A stretch of DNA of 24,242 nucleotides from a virus (IMGVR_UViG_3300025803_001552:1-24242), one strand, 5' to 3'. Counted from the stretch's first letter, positions 15,386 through 24,224 are shown. The notes: generated by a model not told the origin, from the sequence alone. Made by a program: numbers and translations.

Positions 15386-16771
15386 TTATCCCATCTTCAT
15401 GATGCGGAATGCGTTGGTAAGACCAACTCGACCATCACCACGCTTGCGAGCGAAGAAACCAACCTGATCGTTGCCCATGTACAGGGAGTCGTTTCGGCGA
15501 ATCGAAATTCCTACACGGTCGATCATGTAGTAGTTCGTGAAGTCACCGAATGCGCCAACTTCTTCACCGGTTGCCAGAGCAGCAGCGTCATCCCAACCAG
15601 TACCGTCAAACAGTACGGCAGGGCGACCACGGAAGCTAGCGTCTGGAGCAGCAGTTAAGTCCTCACCGAACGTCTGTCCAGCAGATGTTGAACCAATGCT
15701 GGTCAACTGCTGCATGAAGCTAGAAGTCGAGTAGAACGTGCCGTTGCTTCGGAACTGTGCTGGAAGTGTCCAGTACAGCTTGTTTACGTCAGCAGCAACG
15801 ATGGAAGTTGCGGATGCTGCGGTAACGTCTGCAACCGCTGCTGTTCGCAGTCCCTGTGGCTCGGTCGTACCGTCACCACCGATAACCTGCTCGTCCTCGT
15901 ATCGACCAGCAGCCTCGTTGAACACCTGGCTCAGAGTTGCTGGAAGATTGTGTGCTTCATCTTCAAGAAGTTCGTTGGAGACTCGGACAAGTCCACCTGA
16001 TTTGAAGATTGTGAACGCAACCTGACCGATGGTAGGGGTTGACTCTGCACCGGTGTAAGCAGCTTCCTCAGCGATGCTTGCCCATGAAGCAGTACCGAAA
16101 GTTGGAAGGTTTCCAGCGTCACGCGAAGTCTGTATGACTCGGCAGTAAGGTCGAATCACTGAACCAGGCACGCCTGGGTCGTGGATGAGTTCTTCACGCC
16201 AGTCCTCAGGTACGAGGTATCCACCCTCTGCGTCTGTGCCTTCTTCCATTGCACGAATGTGGTTTGGGTCGCCATGTCGCCAGAAGTTCTCTGCGTTGTG
16301 GCTCTTGTCCCGCAACCATGCTCGGAAAGCGTCTTTGTAAACCTCAGCTTCTTCCTGCTGAGTGCTTCCCATCTGCTTTCGTACCCACTTAGGCTGAACA
16401 GCAGCAGGGAATCCCTTTATCCAGCCAGCAGGTTTGTGGCTAGCGGAGTATTCCTTCTTGTTGTCGTGAGCGTTGTATTCCTCGCCCTCAACAACTGGAA
16501 TGTCGTTCTGTGGAAGGTGGCGACCCTGTGCGTAGCCCTTGATGGCGTCGTTTACGAGTCGTGCTTGTGCTACCTCTGCGTCGATTCGCTTTGCCTCGTC
16601 GAGCATGCGCTGTGCAGACTCTGGCGAACTTTCAGCGTAAGTTCGTGCAGATTCGAGAAGGGCAGTCGAGTGTGCAACTTTCTCGTCGAGCGTCTTGGCT
16701 GAAACTGCCGCGCTCTTAAGGTTTTCCTCGGTAACCTCTGGAACCGTAGTCGGGTCAAAGACCTGTGACAT
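15386..16771 (-). CDS. Major capsid protein, HK97 fold
   Basis: Helical N-terminal scaffold-like region, EGGYLVPED, VRVSNELLED, GDGTTEPQGL, FGDFTNYYMIDR, QVGFFARKRGDG. Confidence 0.95.
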   Translation of the reverse strand: MSQVFDPTTVPEVTEENLKSAAVSAKTLDEKVAHSTALLESARTYAESSPESAQRMLDEAKRIDAEVAQARLVNDAIKGYAQGRHLPQNDIPVVEGEEYNAHDNKKEYSASHKPAGWIKGFPAAVQPKWVRKQMGSTQQEEAEVYKDAFRAWLRDKSHNAENFWRHGDPNHIRAMEEGTDAEGGYLVPEDWREELIHDPGVPGSVIRPYCRVIQTSRDAGNLPTFGTASWASIAEEAAYTGAESTPTIGQVAFTIFKSGGLVRVSNELLEDEAHNLPATLSQVFNEAAGRYEDEQVIGGDGTTEPQGLRTAAVADVTAASATSIVAADVNKLYWTLPAQFRSNGTFYSTSSFMQQLTSIGSTSAGQTFGEDLTAAPDASFRGRPAVLFDGTGWDDAAALATGEEVGAFGDFTNYYMIDRVGISIRRNDSLYMGNDQVGFFARKRGDGRVGLTNAFRIMKMG

Positions 16772-16777
16772 TGCTTC

Positions 16778-17434
16778 TTACCTGTATACCACAGCCGAAC
16801 GGCTGCGCTTGTATTGCTCCAACTGAATCAACAGATCGAGCGACGTTGCGTTAAGCCTTTCGGTGGGAGTGACGGAGGAATCATCCTCGGTGGCTCCGGC
16901 AGAAGGTTGACCATCCAATGATAGTGCTTTGACCGCTTCGACCGCAACCGTGAGGTTGTCGAGTGCTTCCGAAAACTTCCGCTGTGAAAGGTGTCCAATC
17001 GTGTCCGGTTCTGCTGGGATTGGCGTTAGCGACACTTCGATGATTGCCCAAGAACGAATAACATTTCCGTCCATTGCCATCATGTGTGGGGAAGTGCCGG
17101 TCGAGACGCCCATCTTGCCAGACCGAATCATCGTGGCGATTGCCTCGGCGTACTGATTCGCACGCTCTAGCTGTGCCTCGAACCAAATACCAACTTCATC
17201 TTTGGTCTTTTTCGTAACCTGACCGATCATTGACAAACCGAGTTTCGCATCCCCGCCGTGGTCGTACAGCAGCGGTGGAGTGGGCGAGGTCGATGCTTCC
17301 CAAAAGTCGGTAGCTTTGGTGAACTTCGTTCCGTACAAATCCACGTTGTCGAAGATCACCGCATAACCGTCGATGATGTAGTTCTCGCCATCGTCAGAAG
17401 AACGAATGTTGAGATTGTGCCTGTTATCCGTCAT
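16778..17434 (-). CDS. Prohead maturation protease (HK97 type)
   Basis: IDGYAVIF, LLYDHG (His), GVSTG (Ser), EVSLTPIPAEP; AGGAGG RBS. Confidence 0.9.
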   Translation of the reverse strand: MTDNRHNLNIRSSDDGENYIIDGYAVIFDNVDLYGTKFTKATDFWEASTSPTPPLLYDHGGDAKLGLSMIGQVTKKTKDEVGIWFEAQLERANQYAEAIATMIRSGKMGVSTGTSPHMMAMDGNVIRSWAIIEVSLTPIPAEPDTIGHLSQRKFSEALDNLTVAVEAVKALSLDGQPSAGATEDDSSVTPTERLNATSLDLLIQLEQYKRSRSAVVYR

Positions 17435-17451
17435 TGATTTTCCTCCTGACG

Positions 17452-19524
17452 TTATGCACCTAGACCCTCAACTACCGGAGTAGCCCTGCGCGTGCAGTTT
17501 GGGTGTTCTATTGGGTTGTCGGCGTACCAATCCACTGTTTGGCGAGTGCCGTCTACCGCAGCACAGGCTTCATCGAATTCGTCACCGTCTGAAATGATTA
17601 CTTCGCTCACACCGCTGGACTTGTAGCGCAGCGCAGTCGTTTGATTCTGCGCCCAGCGAACCTCAGTCCTAGCGATGACTCGCGCCCTGTTGATCTTGTC
17701 AGGATTGCTTGGGATTCCTCGGACGATGTTTCTCAGTCCGTTGAAATTTTCACCTGGAACACCATCGGCTATCTGCCTGAGTGAATATCCACGGTTCACA
17801 CCCCGCTTCAACTGTTCATTGATGCGCTTGCGAGTAACAGCGTTGACCTCTTTAGCGCGCGTGGTGGCTCCGTTTAATTGCTGACGGACAAGACCTTCCT
17901 GCGAACTGAACGACACCTCGGACAACACACCGGCAGCCGTTACATCGCCCCATGTAGTTTCTGCGACGTTGCGGAGTTCCGGTGCGATTGCTTGCGCCAG
18001 TACAGCATCAAATTCAATAGGAATTAAAGTCTCGCCCGAAATGCCAAACGTAGGGGCAGCCTTTACTACTTCCGCTTCCGCTTCGTCATTGGCAATTGCT
18101 CGTCCAATGATTGAGTCAGCGTCACGCCCTAGCTTGTTGAACGCCTTTTGAATATCACTTTCTAGTTCATCGACAGATTTGTCATATTCGCGCGCTGTTG
18201 CGCGTTCAAGTTCTGCCATGCCTTTGACGTTGCGAATCGGTTGCACTTCAATCGTTGGAGATTCGATAGCGTTGAGCGTGGACGGGTTCGCCGATGGAAG
18301 TTGCCCTGTATGAAGCAAGCCTTGTGGAAGCTGTAATGCTTCACTTACTGAATCAGGGTCGTAACCAACTCTAATCAATATCGCTGCTGCCTCTGAGCGC
18401 GTCTTTTGGACGTTGGCTTCTTGCTCTCGATCTTCTGCCAAAGCACGAACGCCTGAGAAGTCGAATGAGAATTCCATATCTCTGAATTCGATTGTGTTAC
18501 GCAACGAACGAGTCATAAATACAGCAATGCGCTTGTAGGCTGGCATCAAGGTTTCTTCCCAGAACGATTCTTTAGCCTGGGCGTAGTTGGAATACGTGCC
18601 GTTTTGTAATCCGACGTTCGCACCAACGACAATCGGCGGGACTCCGAACGCTGCACAGATACGGGACTCCGTAAGGTTGCGAAGATCAGGCATTGCCATA
18701 TCGGTCATCTTGGATGCAAGTTCCTCGTATGAGGCATCTTCGTCCAAAACACCGATACGCTGCCAGTTGGCTTTACCGGCGAACCGAGCGTGCCAGTTAC
18801 GTCGGATGGCGTCGGCTTCGTCTTGCGTGTTGAGTCGGCGCGCCACTTTCAAGAATCCAGCGGGTACACCTTTGTTTTCAAAAACTGACTTGGCGAAGTC
18901 GGTTGCGCTCATATCCAAGTTGACCATCTTGGCTAGTACCTGCAACGCTCCCAGACCGTACCAGTCGTTCAACGGGTCAACGACCTTGTGCTGTGAAATC
19001 AGTTCTTCGGGAATCACCGTGCTTTTGTGGTCGATGGTGTAATACCAGCCCTGCGGGTAGCCGGTCATCGTGTCTGGAATCACTCGGACTCGGTCAGGAC
19101 GCAGTAACCACATGCCCGACAGCGTGCCAATATCTGACGTTGGCTTATACATGTAAGCGTTGCCACCGATGAGCAGTTGCATGTGCATCTGTTCAAGGAA
19201 CGCAGTCATATCCTGTGAGCGGTTTGGTTCGTTGAGCAGTTCTAACGCACGTGAGTCTGTTGTTTCGATGAAGTTACGGTCTTGGTCACGTGTGCCGACG
19301 ATAAGGCGCGCTTCTGAGGCTGATGTGATGTATTCGTTGATACAAGCGAACACCAACTCGTTATTGCGATAACCCTGATCTGCTGCGCTGAAATAAGATC
19401 GGTCAGGTTGCTCCGGTTGGTCGAAGCCCGACGGTGCTGTTGCGTCCTGTCGTATTTCCTCAATCGGAATGTTGCGATTCGGAACCAGTCGTGAGAGGAA
19501 ATCTGTGAGTCGGGACATTACCAC
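17452..19524 (-). CDS. Portal protein fused to a Mu gpF/SPP1 gp7-like minor head domain
   Basis: GGNAY, LRPDRV, YGLGAL, ICAAFGVPPIVVG, TYSNY in the N-part; RARVIARTE...HPNCTR in the C-part. Confidence 0.9.
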   Translation of the reverse strand: MVMSRLTDFLSRLVPNRNIPIEEIRQDATAPSGFDQPEQPDRSYFSAADQGYRNNELVFACINEYITSASEARLIVGTRDQDRNFIETTDSRALELLNEPNRSQDMTAFLEQMHMQLLIGGNAYMYKPTSDIGTLSGMWLLRPDRVRVIPDTMTGYPQGWYYTIDHKSTVIPEELISQHKVVDPLNDWYGLGALQVLAKMVNLDMSATDFAKSVFENKGVPAGFLKVARRLNTQDEADAIRRNWHARFAGKANWQRIGVLDEDASYEELASKMTDMAMPDLRNLTESRICAAFGVPPIVVGANVGLQNGTYSNYAQAKESFWEETLMPAYKRIAVFMTRSLRNTIEFRDMEFSFDFSGVRALAEDREQEANVQKTRSEAAAILIRVGYDPDSVSEALQLPQGLLHTGQLPSANPSTLNAIESPTIEVQPIRNVKGMAELERATAREYDKSVDELESDIQKAFNKLGRDADSIIGRAIANDEAEAEVVKAAPTFGISGETLIPIEFDAVLAQAIAPELRNVAETTWGDVTAAGVLSEVSFSSQEGLVRQQLNGATTRAKEVNAVTRKRINEQLKRGVNRGYSLRQIADGVPGENFNGLRNIVRGIPSNPDKINRARVIARTEVRWAQNQTTALRYKSSGVSEVIISDGDEFDEACAAVDGTRQTVDWYADNPIEHPNCTRRATPVVEGLGA

Positions 19525-20834
19525 ACGCCTTGAGATGCTGTTTCTATGAGGTCAGTAATTGCCCAAACCAGCGCATCAAGCCGGTCGGGAGAATCCGGTG
19601 AATCAGGTGTCCAAGTTGTCATCTGATCTTCAAGTTCTGGGAAAATACCTACGTGGTGAACCAAACCACGTTCATATAGTGCTGACACAGGTTCAGCGCG
19701 AACAGCCTTGCCACGGCTAGCGGTGACTGGCTTGTACGACATTGTGCCACCGCCTTCTACATTTCGGATAGTGGCTTCTACCATATCACCGCCGTAGTTC
19801 TTTTCTGCAACTACTCGATCAGCTTGAACCTCGTCGTATAACTTCTTCACTTCCCAGCCCCATTGTGCCGGTGTCGCAAATAAAGATCGGTCGTGCAACA
19901 CGTAATAATGACCGTCTGACGCTTTGGCTGCTGCAATAATCCCAATCTCGTCACCGCCACCACCAGCAGGGTCAATTGCGACAACTACTCGGACAAGACC
20001 GACACCTGGCGGAAGCTGAGATACACGGTCACGGTCTATATCGTCATGTTTCCAGAGCGAACCTTCCACATCTTCGAGCAGCACGCCTTCCGCTTCCTGT
20101 CTGCCACGGCGTGTTCCTTTGAGTGGCTCGATCACGCTGGAATACCACGACGGATGCAGGTTGGCTTTGTTCTCGTCAGAGTGACCGCCGGTGACCACGG
20201 TTAGATCGTCTTTGACTAGATCACGCATAAACTTCGTCGGGCGTGGCGTGGTCGTAGCGATGATGCGTGGCTGCTTACCGATTCGCAGTCCTTCTTTAAG
20301 GTTGCTCCATGCTTCCTGCTCTCCGTTCACCTGCCTAAACGCTGCCAGTTCATCCACGGCAGCTAGGTCATGTTGAGGACCGCGCAATTGATCGGGTTCG
20401 ACGGCGGTGTACGTGGTGGCGATTGCGCCGTTAGGGAAGATAAGTTCACGGTTCGACGGCACGTACTCAGGACGAAACCAGTCTGGGGCTAAGGTTAGGA
20501 TGCCTGATTCACCCTCAATCATGGTTTTGCGTACATCGGGAACGGTTCGACCGACTAGGGCAATGCGCCGGTATCCCTCATGTTCGATCTTGTGCAGCAG
20601 GTTCATCGACAACGCCCAATTCTTACCGAAGCCTCTGCCGGTCATGAGCAACCAAGTAAGGTAGTCACCTTCGGGCATAATCTGCTTGGGACGTCCCCAG
20701 AACCTAATATCGAACAAAAGACGCTTTGCAGCTTCACGGTCAAGCGACGCCAAATAGTTGTCCAACTTTCCGCTTGCTTGCAGCAGTTCGGCTTGGCTCC
20801 AGTTGACGAGTGGATTAATTGCAACCGTGGTCAT
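19518..20834 (-). CDS. terL: Terminase large subunit
   Basis: GRGFGKN (Walker A), AAVDE (Walker B), TTTP, VAIDPA, VAEKNYGG, PDRLDAL. ATG 20834 preferred over TTG 20840. Confidence 0.93.
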   Translation of the reverse strand: MTTVAINPLVNWSQAELLQASGKLDNYLASLDREAAKRLLFDIRFWGRPKQIMPEGDYLTWLLMTGRGFGKNWALSMNLLHKIEHEGYRRIALVGRTVPDVRKTMIEGESGILTLAPDWFRPEYVPSNRELIFPNGAIATTYTAVEPDQLRGPQHDLAAVDELAAFRQVNGEQEAWSNLKEGLRIGKQPRIIATTTPRPTKFMRDLVKDDLTVVTGGHSDENKANLHPSWYSSVIEPLKGTRRGRQEAEGVLLEDVEGSLWKHDDIDRDRVSQLPPGVGLVRVVVAIDPAGGGGDEIGIIAAAKASDGHYYVLHDRSLFATPAQWGWEVKKLYDEVQADRVVAEKNYGGDMVEATIRNVEGGGTMSYKPVTASRGKAVRAEPVSALYERGLVHHVGIFPELEDQMTTWTPDSPDSPDRLDALVWAITDLIETASQGVW

Positions 20835-20840
20835 ACGCAA

Positions 20841-20849
20841 ATTCTAGCA
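20841..20849 (-). promoter_or_regulatory. Possible extended -10 promoter (TGcTAGAAT) for a leaderless terL transcript
   Basis: TGCTAGAAT, then 6 nt, then the ATG at 20834; no SD sequence upstream. Confidence 0.45.
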
Positions 20850-20895
20850 AGTCAAACATTGTGTTGTTATTTTTCTAAATTGGCATAAATATTTC

Positions 20896-20923
20896 TTGCG
20901 TTTGCTCCCGACATACGTATAAT
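20896..20923 (+). promoter_or_regulatory. Conserved sigma70-like promoter, copy 1
   Basis: TTGCGT-ttgctcccgacatacg(16)-TATAAT. Confidence 0.75.
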
Positions 20924-20964
20924 AGTTATACGGAAACGAAACAAGCGCACAAGGAACCACAAAG

Positions 20965-21360
20965 ATGCCACGAGCAATTCAGACCAATCGCTGCACCAAC
21001 ACTGTTGCAAGCGCATTCGGCATCGAACCTAAAACTACTCTTACTTACGCCCACGACTTGACCGATGAGTTACGAGAAGCAGGATTTACTCTGGAAAAAA
21101 TTGAGACGCAAATCCTTCACGATGTAGCCAAGTGCAACAAGGAAGAATCTGACGAACAACTTGACCACTGGCAATGCAGATATTACGACGATAAGAAGAT
21201 GGTCGATGTTCTCGCAGACTGGAAAGAAGGCGAAAACTGGATTCTATTCAACCCTGGTCACGTACAAGCAGTTCTTGCCGACGGTTCAATCGTTGACACC
21301 TACTGGAATCCACGAGGCTTCTGGAACCGTCACATTGATCTGGCTTACAAAGTTAGCTAA
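20965..21360 (+). CDS. Hypothetical protein, possible papain-like Cys-His-Asp enzyme
   Basis: Own promoter and AAGGAACCAC RBS; C10 at a helix start, GH99VQAV..DG.IVD111. Confidence 0.8.
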   Translation: MPRAIQTNRCTNTVASAFGIEPKTTLTYAHDLTDELREAGFTLEKIETQILHDVAKCNKEESDEQLDHWQCRYYDDKKMVDVLADWKEGENWILFNPGHVQAVLADGSIVDTYWNPRGFWNRHIDLAYKVS

Positions 21361-21378
21361 TATCCACACAAATAACGC

Positions 21379-21406
21379 TTGCGTTTGCTCCTAATGCGTG
21401 TATAAT
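21379..21406 (+). promoter_or_regulatory. Conserved sigma70-like promoter, copy 2
   Basis: TTGCGT-ttgctcctaatgcgtg(16)-TATAAT. Confidence 0.75.
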
Positions 21407-21449
21407 TGATACCACAACGAACGATAACTAAACAAAAAGGAACCACGAA

Positions 21450-21623
21450 ATGACCGTAGTAATCACCATAAGCGGAATCACTGATCTGGGCAGTCATGAG
21501 TTAGTCGGAAGTGACACGAAGGGCTGGCAGACAACATGCGGTATCAAGGTTGAGTTCGGTCGATACGGAACCAACCTCGTACACAGTGTCGATGCAGGAA
21601 CGCCCACCTGCAAGAATTGCTAA
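21450..21623 (+). CDS. Small putative Zn-finger protein (57 aa; not in the ORF track)
   Basis: MTVVITISGITDLGSHELVGSDTKGWQTTCGIKVEFGRYGTNLVHSVDAGTPTCKNC*; AAGGAACCAC RBS; followed by a terminator. Confidence 0.75.
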   Translation: MTVVITISGITDLGSHELVGSDTKGWQTTCGIKVEFGRYGTNLVHSVDAGTPTCKNC

Positions 21624-21640
21624 CCACCAACCAGCCAAAG

Positions 21641-21672
21641 AAAGCCCCGCCTTACAAGCGGGGTTTTTTATT
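21641..21672. terminator. Intrinsic terminator, probably bidirectional
   Basis: AAAGCCCCGC-CTTACAA-GCGGGGTTTTTTATT between convergent genes; the minus strand reads hairpin plus TTTCTTT. Confidence 0.85.
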
Positions 21673-21728
21673 CCAAATCAATTACCAATTTGGCACGCAT
21701 TCTAAAACGCTGTGGACAGTTTCAAAAA

Positions 21729-22220
21729 CTAGGCTTTGGAATTGCTGGCTTCGGCGTCCTCGGCTTCCATAATTGCGATCTGTGCGTTGATCATTCCGCT
21801 TTCGATCATGCGTTCTCGCATATCGCTCAGCCTAGCGTGCAACACATCCAGAGGGTCATCGCCGTTGACAAGGTTTACGTTGTTATTGTTGACCGTGACT
21901 TCCTGCTTGTTGCCTTCTCTGAATATTGGGCGACGTGCCTTTAGAACTAACTCGATGGCGCGAATGTGACCGTTTGCGCCTTCCTTCCACAGGACGCCTT
22001 CCAGCTTGTCGAGTGCATCTTCCAATGAGTCGTCCCAAGCCTCTGCGAACTCAGGATATTTGGCTCGATGACGGTGGACTGTCGCTCTTGATACATCGGC
22101 AGCCTTACACGCTGCGGACACGTTGCCGGTTGCGCCTAGCGTTTGTAGGAATAGCAGCGACCACGCGGGCGCGTGCGCAGGGAATGTCTCGTTCTTTTTC
22201 TTCTTACTCCGTCCCGCCAT
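21729..22220 (-). CDS. terS: Terminase small subunit
   Basis: HTH (FLQTLGATGNVSAACKAADVSRATVHRHR), PEFAEAWDD, helical C-part; upstream of terL. Confidence 0.8.
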   Translation of the reverse strand: MAGRSKKKKNETFPAHAPAWSLLFLQTLGATGNVSAACKAADVSRATVHRHRAKYPEFAEAWDDSLEDALDKLEGVLWKEGANGHIRAIELVLKARRPIFREGNKQEVTVNNNNVNLVNGDDPLDVLHARLSDMRERMIESGMINAQIAIMEAEDAEASNSKA

Positions 22221-23349
22221 GCCGTTCAGCCTTTTTGCCTGTGAAATCTTCCCACCGCTTTACGATCACGTCGCAGTAGATCGGGTCTATCTCTATACCG
22301 TAACACTTGCGCCCAGTTTTCTGGGCTGCGATGAGGGTAGTGCCTGAGCCGAGGAACGGGTCGAGGATGATTTGTGGGTTGCCGTAATTCTCAAAGCACC
22401 ATTCAGCGAGAGCGATGGGTTTCTGTGTTGGATGCACTCGCCCTTCACCATGCTCACTGTCTTTTATCATGCCATGCCATTTATGACGAAATACATCAAG
22501 CCGAACGCCTCTGTTCGCAAACGCTAATTCTGCACCACTGAACGTGTCACCCTCGCGCTGTTTATCCCACACAATCCAGCCGTACCCATCCATTAGAACC
22601 GAAGGGTAATAATTTGCGCCCCAAAATATGAGCGAACAATCTTCAACGGCAAATAACTGATATGAAGAGCGCGCTATGTCCGCGCTTTCATCACCTTGTA
22701 TCTCGCCAAAATCGTTACTTACTGATGCACCATCAATGCCTTCGCCTGAATGCTGTATCCCATAAGGGGGGTCAGCGAATACCATGTCAGCCTTCGCACC
22801 GTCCATCAGATACGCCACGCTCTCAGCGTCCGTCGAGTCACCGCATAACAAACGATGCTCGCCCAATATCCATAAGTCGCCAGGTTGAGTAATCGGGTCG
22901 GCTGGTGGCTCTGGCACATCGTCTGGGTCGGTTAGACCTTCTTCGGGTTCATCGTTGCCCATCAACGCATCTAGGTCAGGGAAGCCCAGCAAATCAAGAT
23001 CGAAGTCGAGTTCTGCTAATGCGTCCAGTTCGAGCGTAAGCAGACCATCGTTCCAGGTGGCGTTCTGGGCTAGCTGGTTGTCTGCTAGGACGTAGGCTTT
23101 CCATTGCGCCTCGGACATATCAGAGCGGTCGATAACTGGGACTTCTTTTAGTCCTAACTTGCGTGCTGCTGCTAGGCGTGCATGACCAGCTACTACCGTG
23201 TTGCCGTGAATGATGAGCGGGTTAGTCCAGCCAAACTCTTGGATAGATGCTGCAACCTGCGCTACCTGCTCCTCAGTGTGTTCGCGGGCGTTGTTGGCGT
23301 AGGGGAGTAGCGTGTCGATCTTGACCTGTGTAATTTGTGGTTCTGTCAC
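22204..23349 (-). CDS. ParB-like N-domain fused to a beta-class N6-adenine/N4-cytosine DNA methyltransferase
   Basis: PYANNAREH...FGWTNP...AGHARL (ParB/Srx-like); HRLLCGDS, DPPY, HPTQKP, DPFLGSGTT. Confidence 0.92.
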   Translation of the reverse strand: MTEPQITQVKIDTLLPYANNAREHTEEQVAQVAASIQEFGWTNPLIIHGNTVVAGHARLAAARKLGLKEVPVIDRSDMSEAQWKAYVLADNQLAQNATWNDGLLTLELDALAELDFDLDLLGFPDLDALMGNDEPEEGLTDPDDVPEPPADPITQPGDLWILGEHRLLCGDSTDAESVAYLMDGAKADMVFADPPYGIQHSGEGIDGASVSNDFGEIQGDESADIARSSYQLFAVEDCSLIFWGANYYPSVLMDGYGWIVWDKQREGDTFSGAELAFANRGVRLDVFRHKWHGMIKDSEHGEGRVHPTQKPIALAEWCFENYGNPQIILDPFLGSGTTLIAAQKTGRKCYGIEIDPIYCDVIVKRWEDFTGKKAERHGGTE

Positions 23350-23510
23350 CTACTCAACTCCTTCAGCCTTTGTTTTAGAACACGCTTGGATTCTGCTGAC
23401 TGCTGCTTCGTAGGTGCTTCAGCCCAGTACCCGCAGGACATGCACACGATACGCTCGCCGTGTTGATCGTTCAGGTTAGGTTCAGGTGCTTTGCATTTAG
23501 GGCAGTTCAT
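23346..23510 (-). CDS. Small Zn-ribbon protein (54 aa; not in the ORF track)
   Basis: MNCPKCKAPEPNLNDQHGERIVCMSCGYWAEAPTKQQSAESKRVLKQRLKELSR*; GTGA overlap with the methyltransferase start; AGGAG upstream. Confidence 0.75.
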   Translation of the reverse strand: MNCPKCKAPEPNLNDQHGERIVCMSCGYWAEAPTKQQSAESKRVLKQRLKELSR

Positions 23511-23627
23511 ATCTGTTGCGGTTCTCCTGCGTACATATTACCGCTACCCAAACAAAGCGTTGCACTCGCTGGCACATTATCCAGCACCCATTCGACACAA
23601 CCCCGCAATATTAAGTGCCATTGCCTG

Positions 23628-23655
23628 TTGCATTTGCTCCCGATGTGTATATACT
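23628..23655 (+). promoter_or_regulatory. Conserved sigma70-like promoter, copy 3
   Basis: TTGCAT-ttgctcccgatgtgta(16)-TATACT. Confidence 0.7.
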
Positions 23656-23685
23656 TGTATTCACAACAAACGAAAGGAACCACAA

Positions 23686-23964
23686 ATGATTACTGAACAG
23701 CAAAAGATCGACATTATTAGATTGGCGACCTCGAACGCTCACGACGTATCGAACGCTCAGATAGGCAAACACTTCGGTATCAGCGGTGAACGAGTGCGCC
23801 AGATTGTCGCAGCATCAGGTCAGCACAAACCGCGCAAACTAGGTGCTGTGTACAAATGCAAGAAGCCTAAGTGCAAGCGACGATTCCGAGGAACTAGACA
23901 ATACGGCGGTGGGAAGGCTCGTTACTGCCACAAGCACCGCAACACCAGGAACCACAATGACTAA
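23686..23964 (+). CDS. HTH (sigma region 4-like) plus Cys/His-motif DNA-binding protein
   Basis: Start re-called to ATG 23686 after AAGGAACCAC; SNAQIGKHFGISGERVRQI HTH; CKKPKC...YCHKH. Confidence 0.8.
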   Translation: MITEQQKIDIIRLATSNAHDVSNAQIGKHFGISGERVRQIVAASGQHKPRKLGAVYKCKKPKCKRRFRGTRQYGGGKARYCHKHRNTRNHND

Positions 23965-24151
23965 CGAAAACAACCTCAACAAGTTGTACGAACTTGTGAA
24001 ATTTTGGCAAATAGAACTCGATTATTTAACCGACTCTGCTAGCGGAGCCACTCAATGCTGTATCAATGAACTCAAAGAAGCACTTGCCAGCTTGGAGAAC
24101 AACTCTTGCGACTGTACCGCTGGCGTCGAGCATATTCATTTATTAGATTGA
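23957..24151 (+). CDS. Small hypothetical protein (64 aa)
   Basis: Start re-called to ATG 23957 after AGGAACCAC; MTNENNLNKLYELVKFWQ... Confidence 0.7.
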   Translation: MTNENNLNKLYELVKFWQIELDYLTDSASGATQCCINELKEALASLENNSCDCTAGVEHIHLLD

Positions 24152-24158
24152 GTAACGC

Positions 24159-24187
24159 TTGCAATTGCGCCCTAACAAGCGCATAAT
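24159..24187 (+). promoter_or_regulatory. Conserved sigma70-like promoter, copy 4
   Basis: TTGCAA-ttgcgccctaacaagcg(17)-CATAAT; preceded by TAACGC as in copy 2. Confidence 0.65.
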
Positions 24188-24224
24188 TCACATATCGGCA
24201 ACGAACCACAACACCAGCCGATGA

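Noticed and set aside
23-20888. Many plus-strand ORFs in the track (e.g. 3109..3615, 10160..10645, 11144..11608, 16181..16702)
   Set aside because: They are antisense shadows of well-supported minus-strand genes, with no recognisable motifs.
21511-21705. Track ORF 21511..21705 (+)
   Set aside because: It runs through the terminator; the 21450..21623 frame has the conserved RBS and a Cys/His motif.
23491-23956. Longer starts for ORFs 23491..23964 and 23843..24151
   Set aside because: The first extension runs across a promoter and the second across the upstream gene; the conserved AGGAACCAC motif marks ATG 23686 and ATG 23957.
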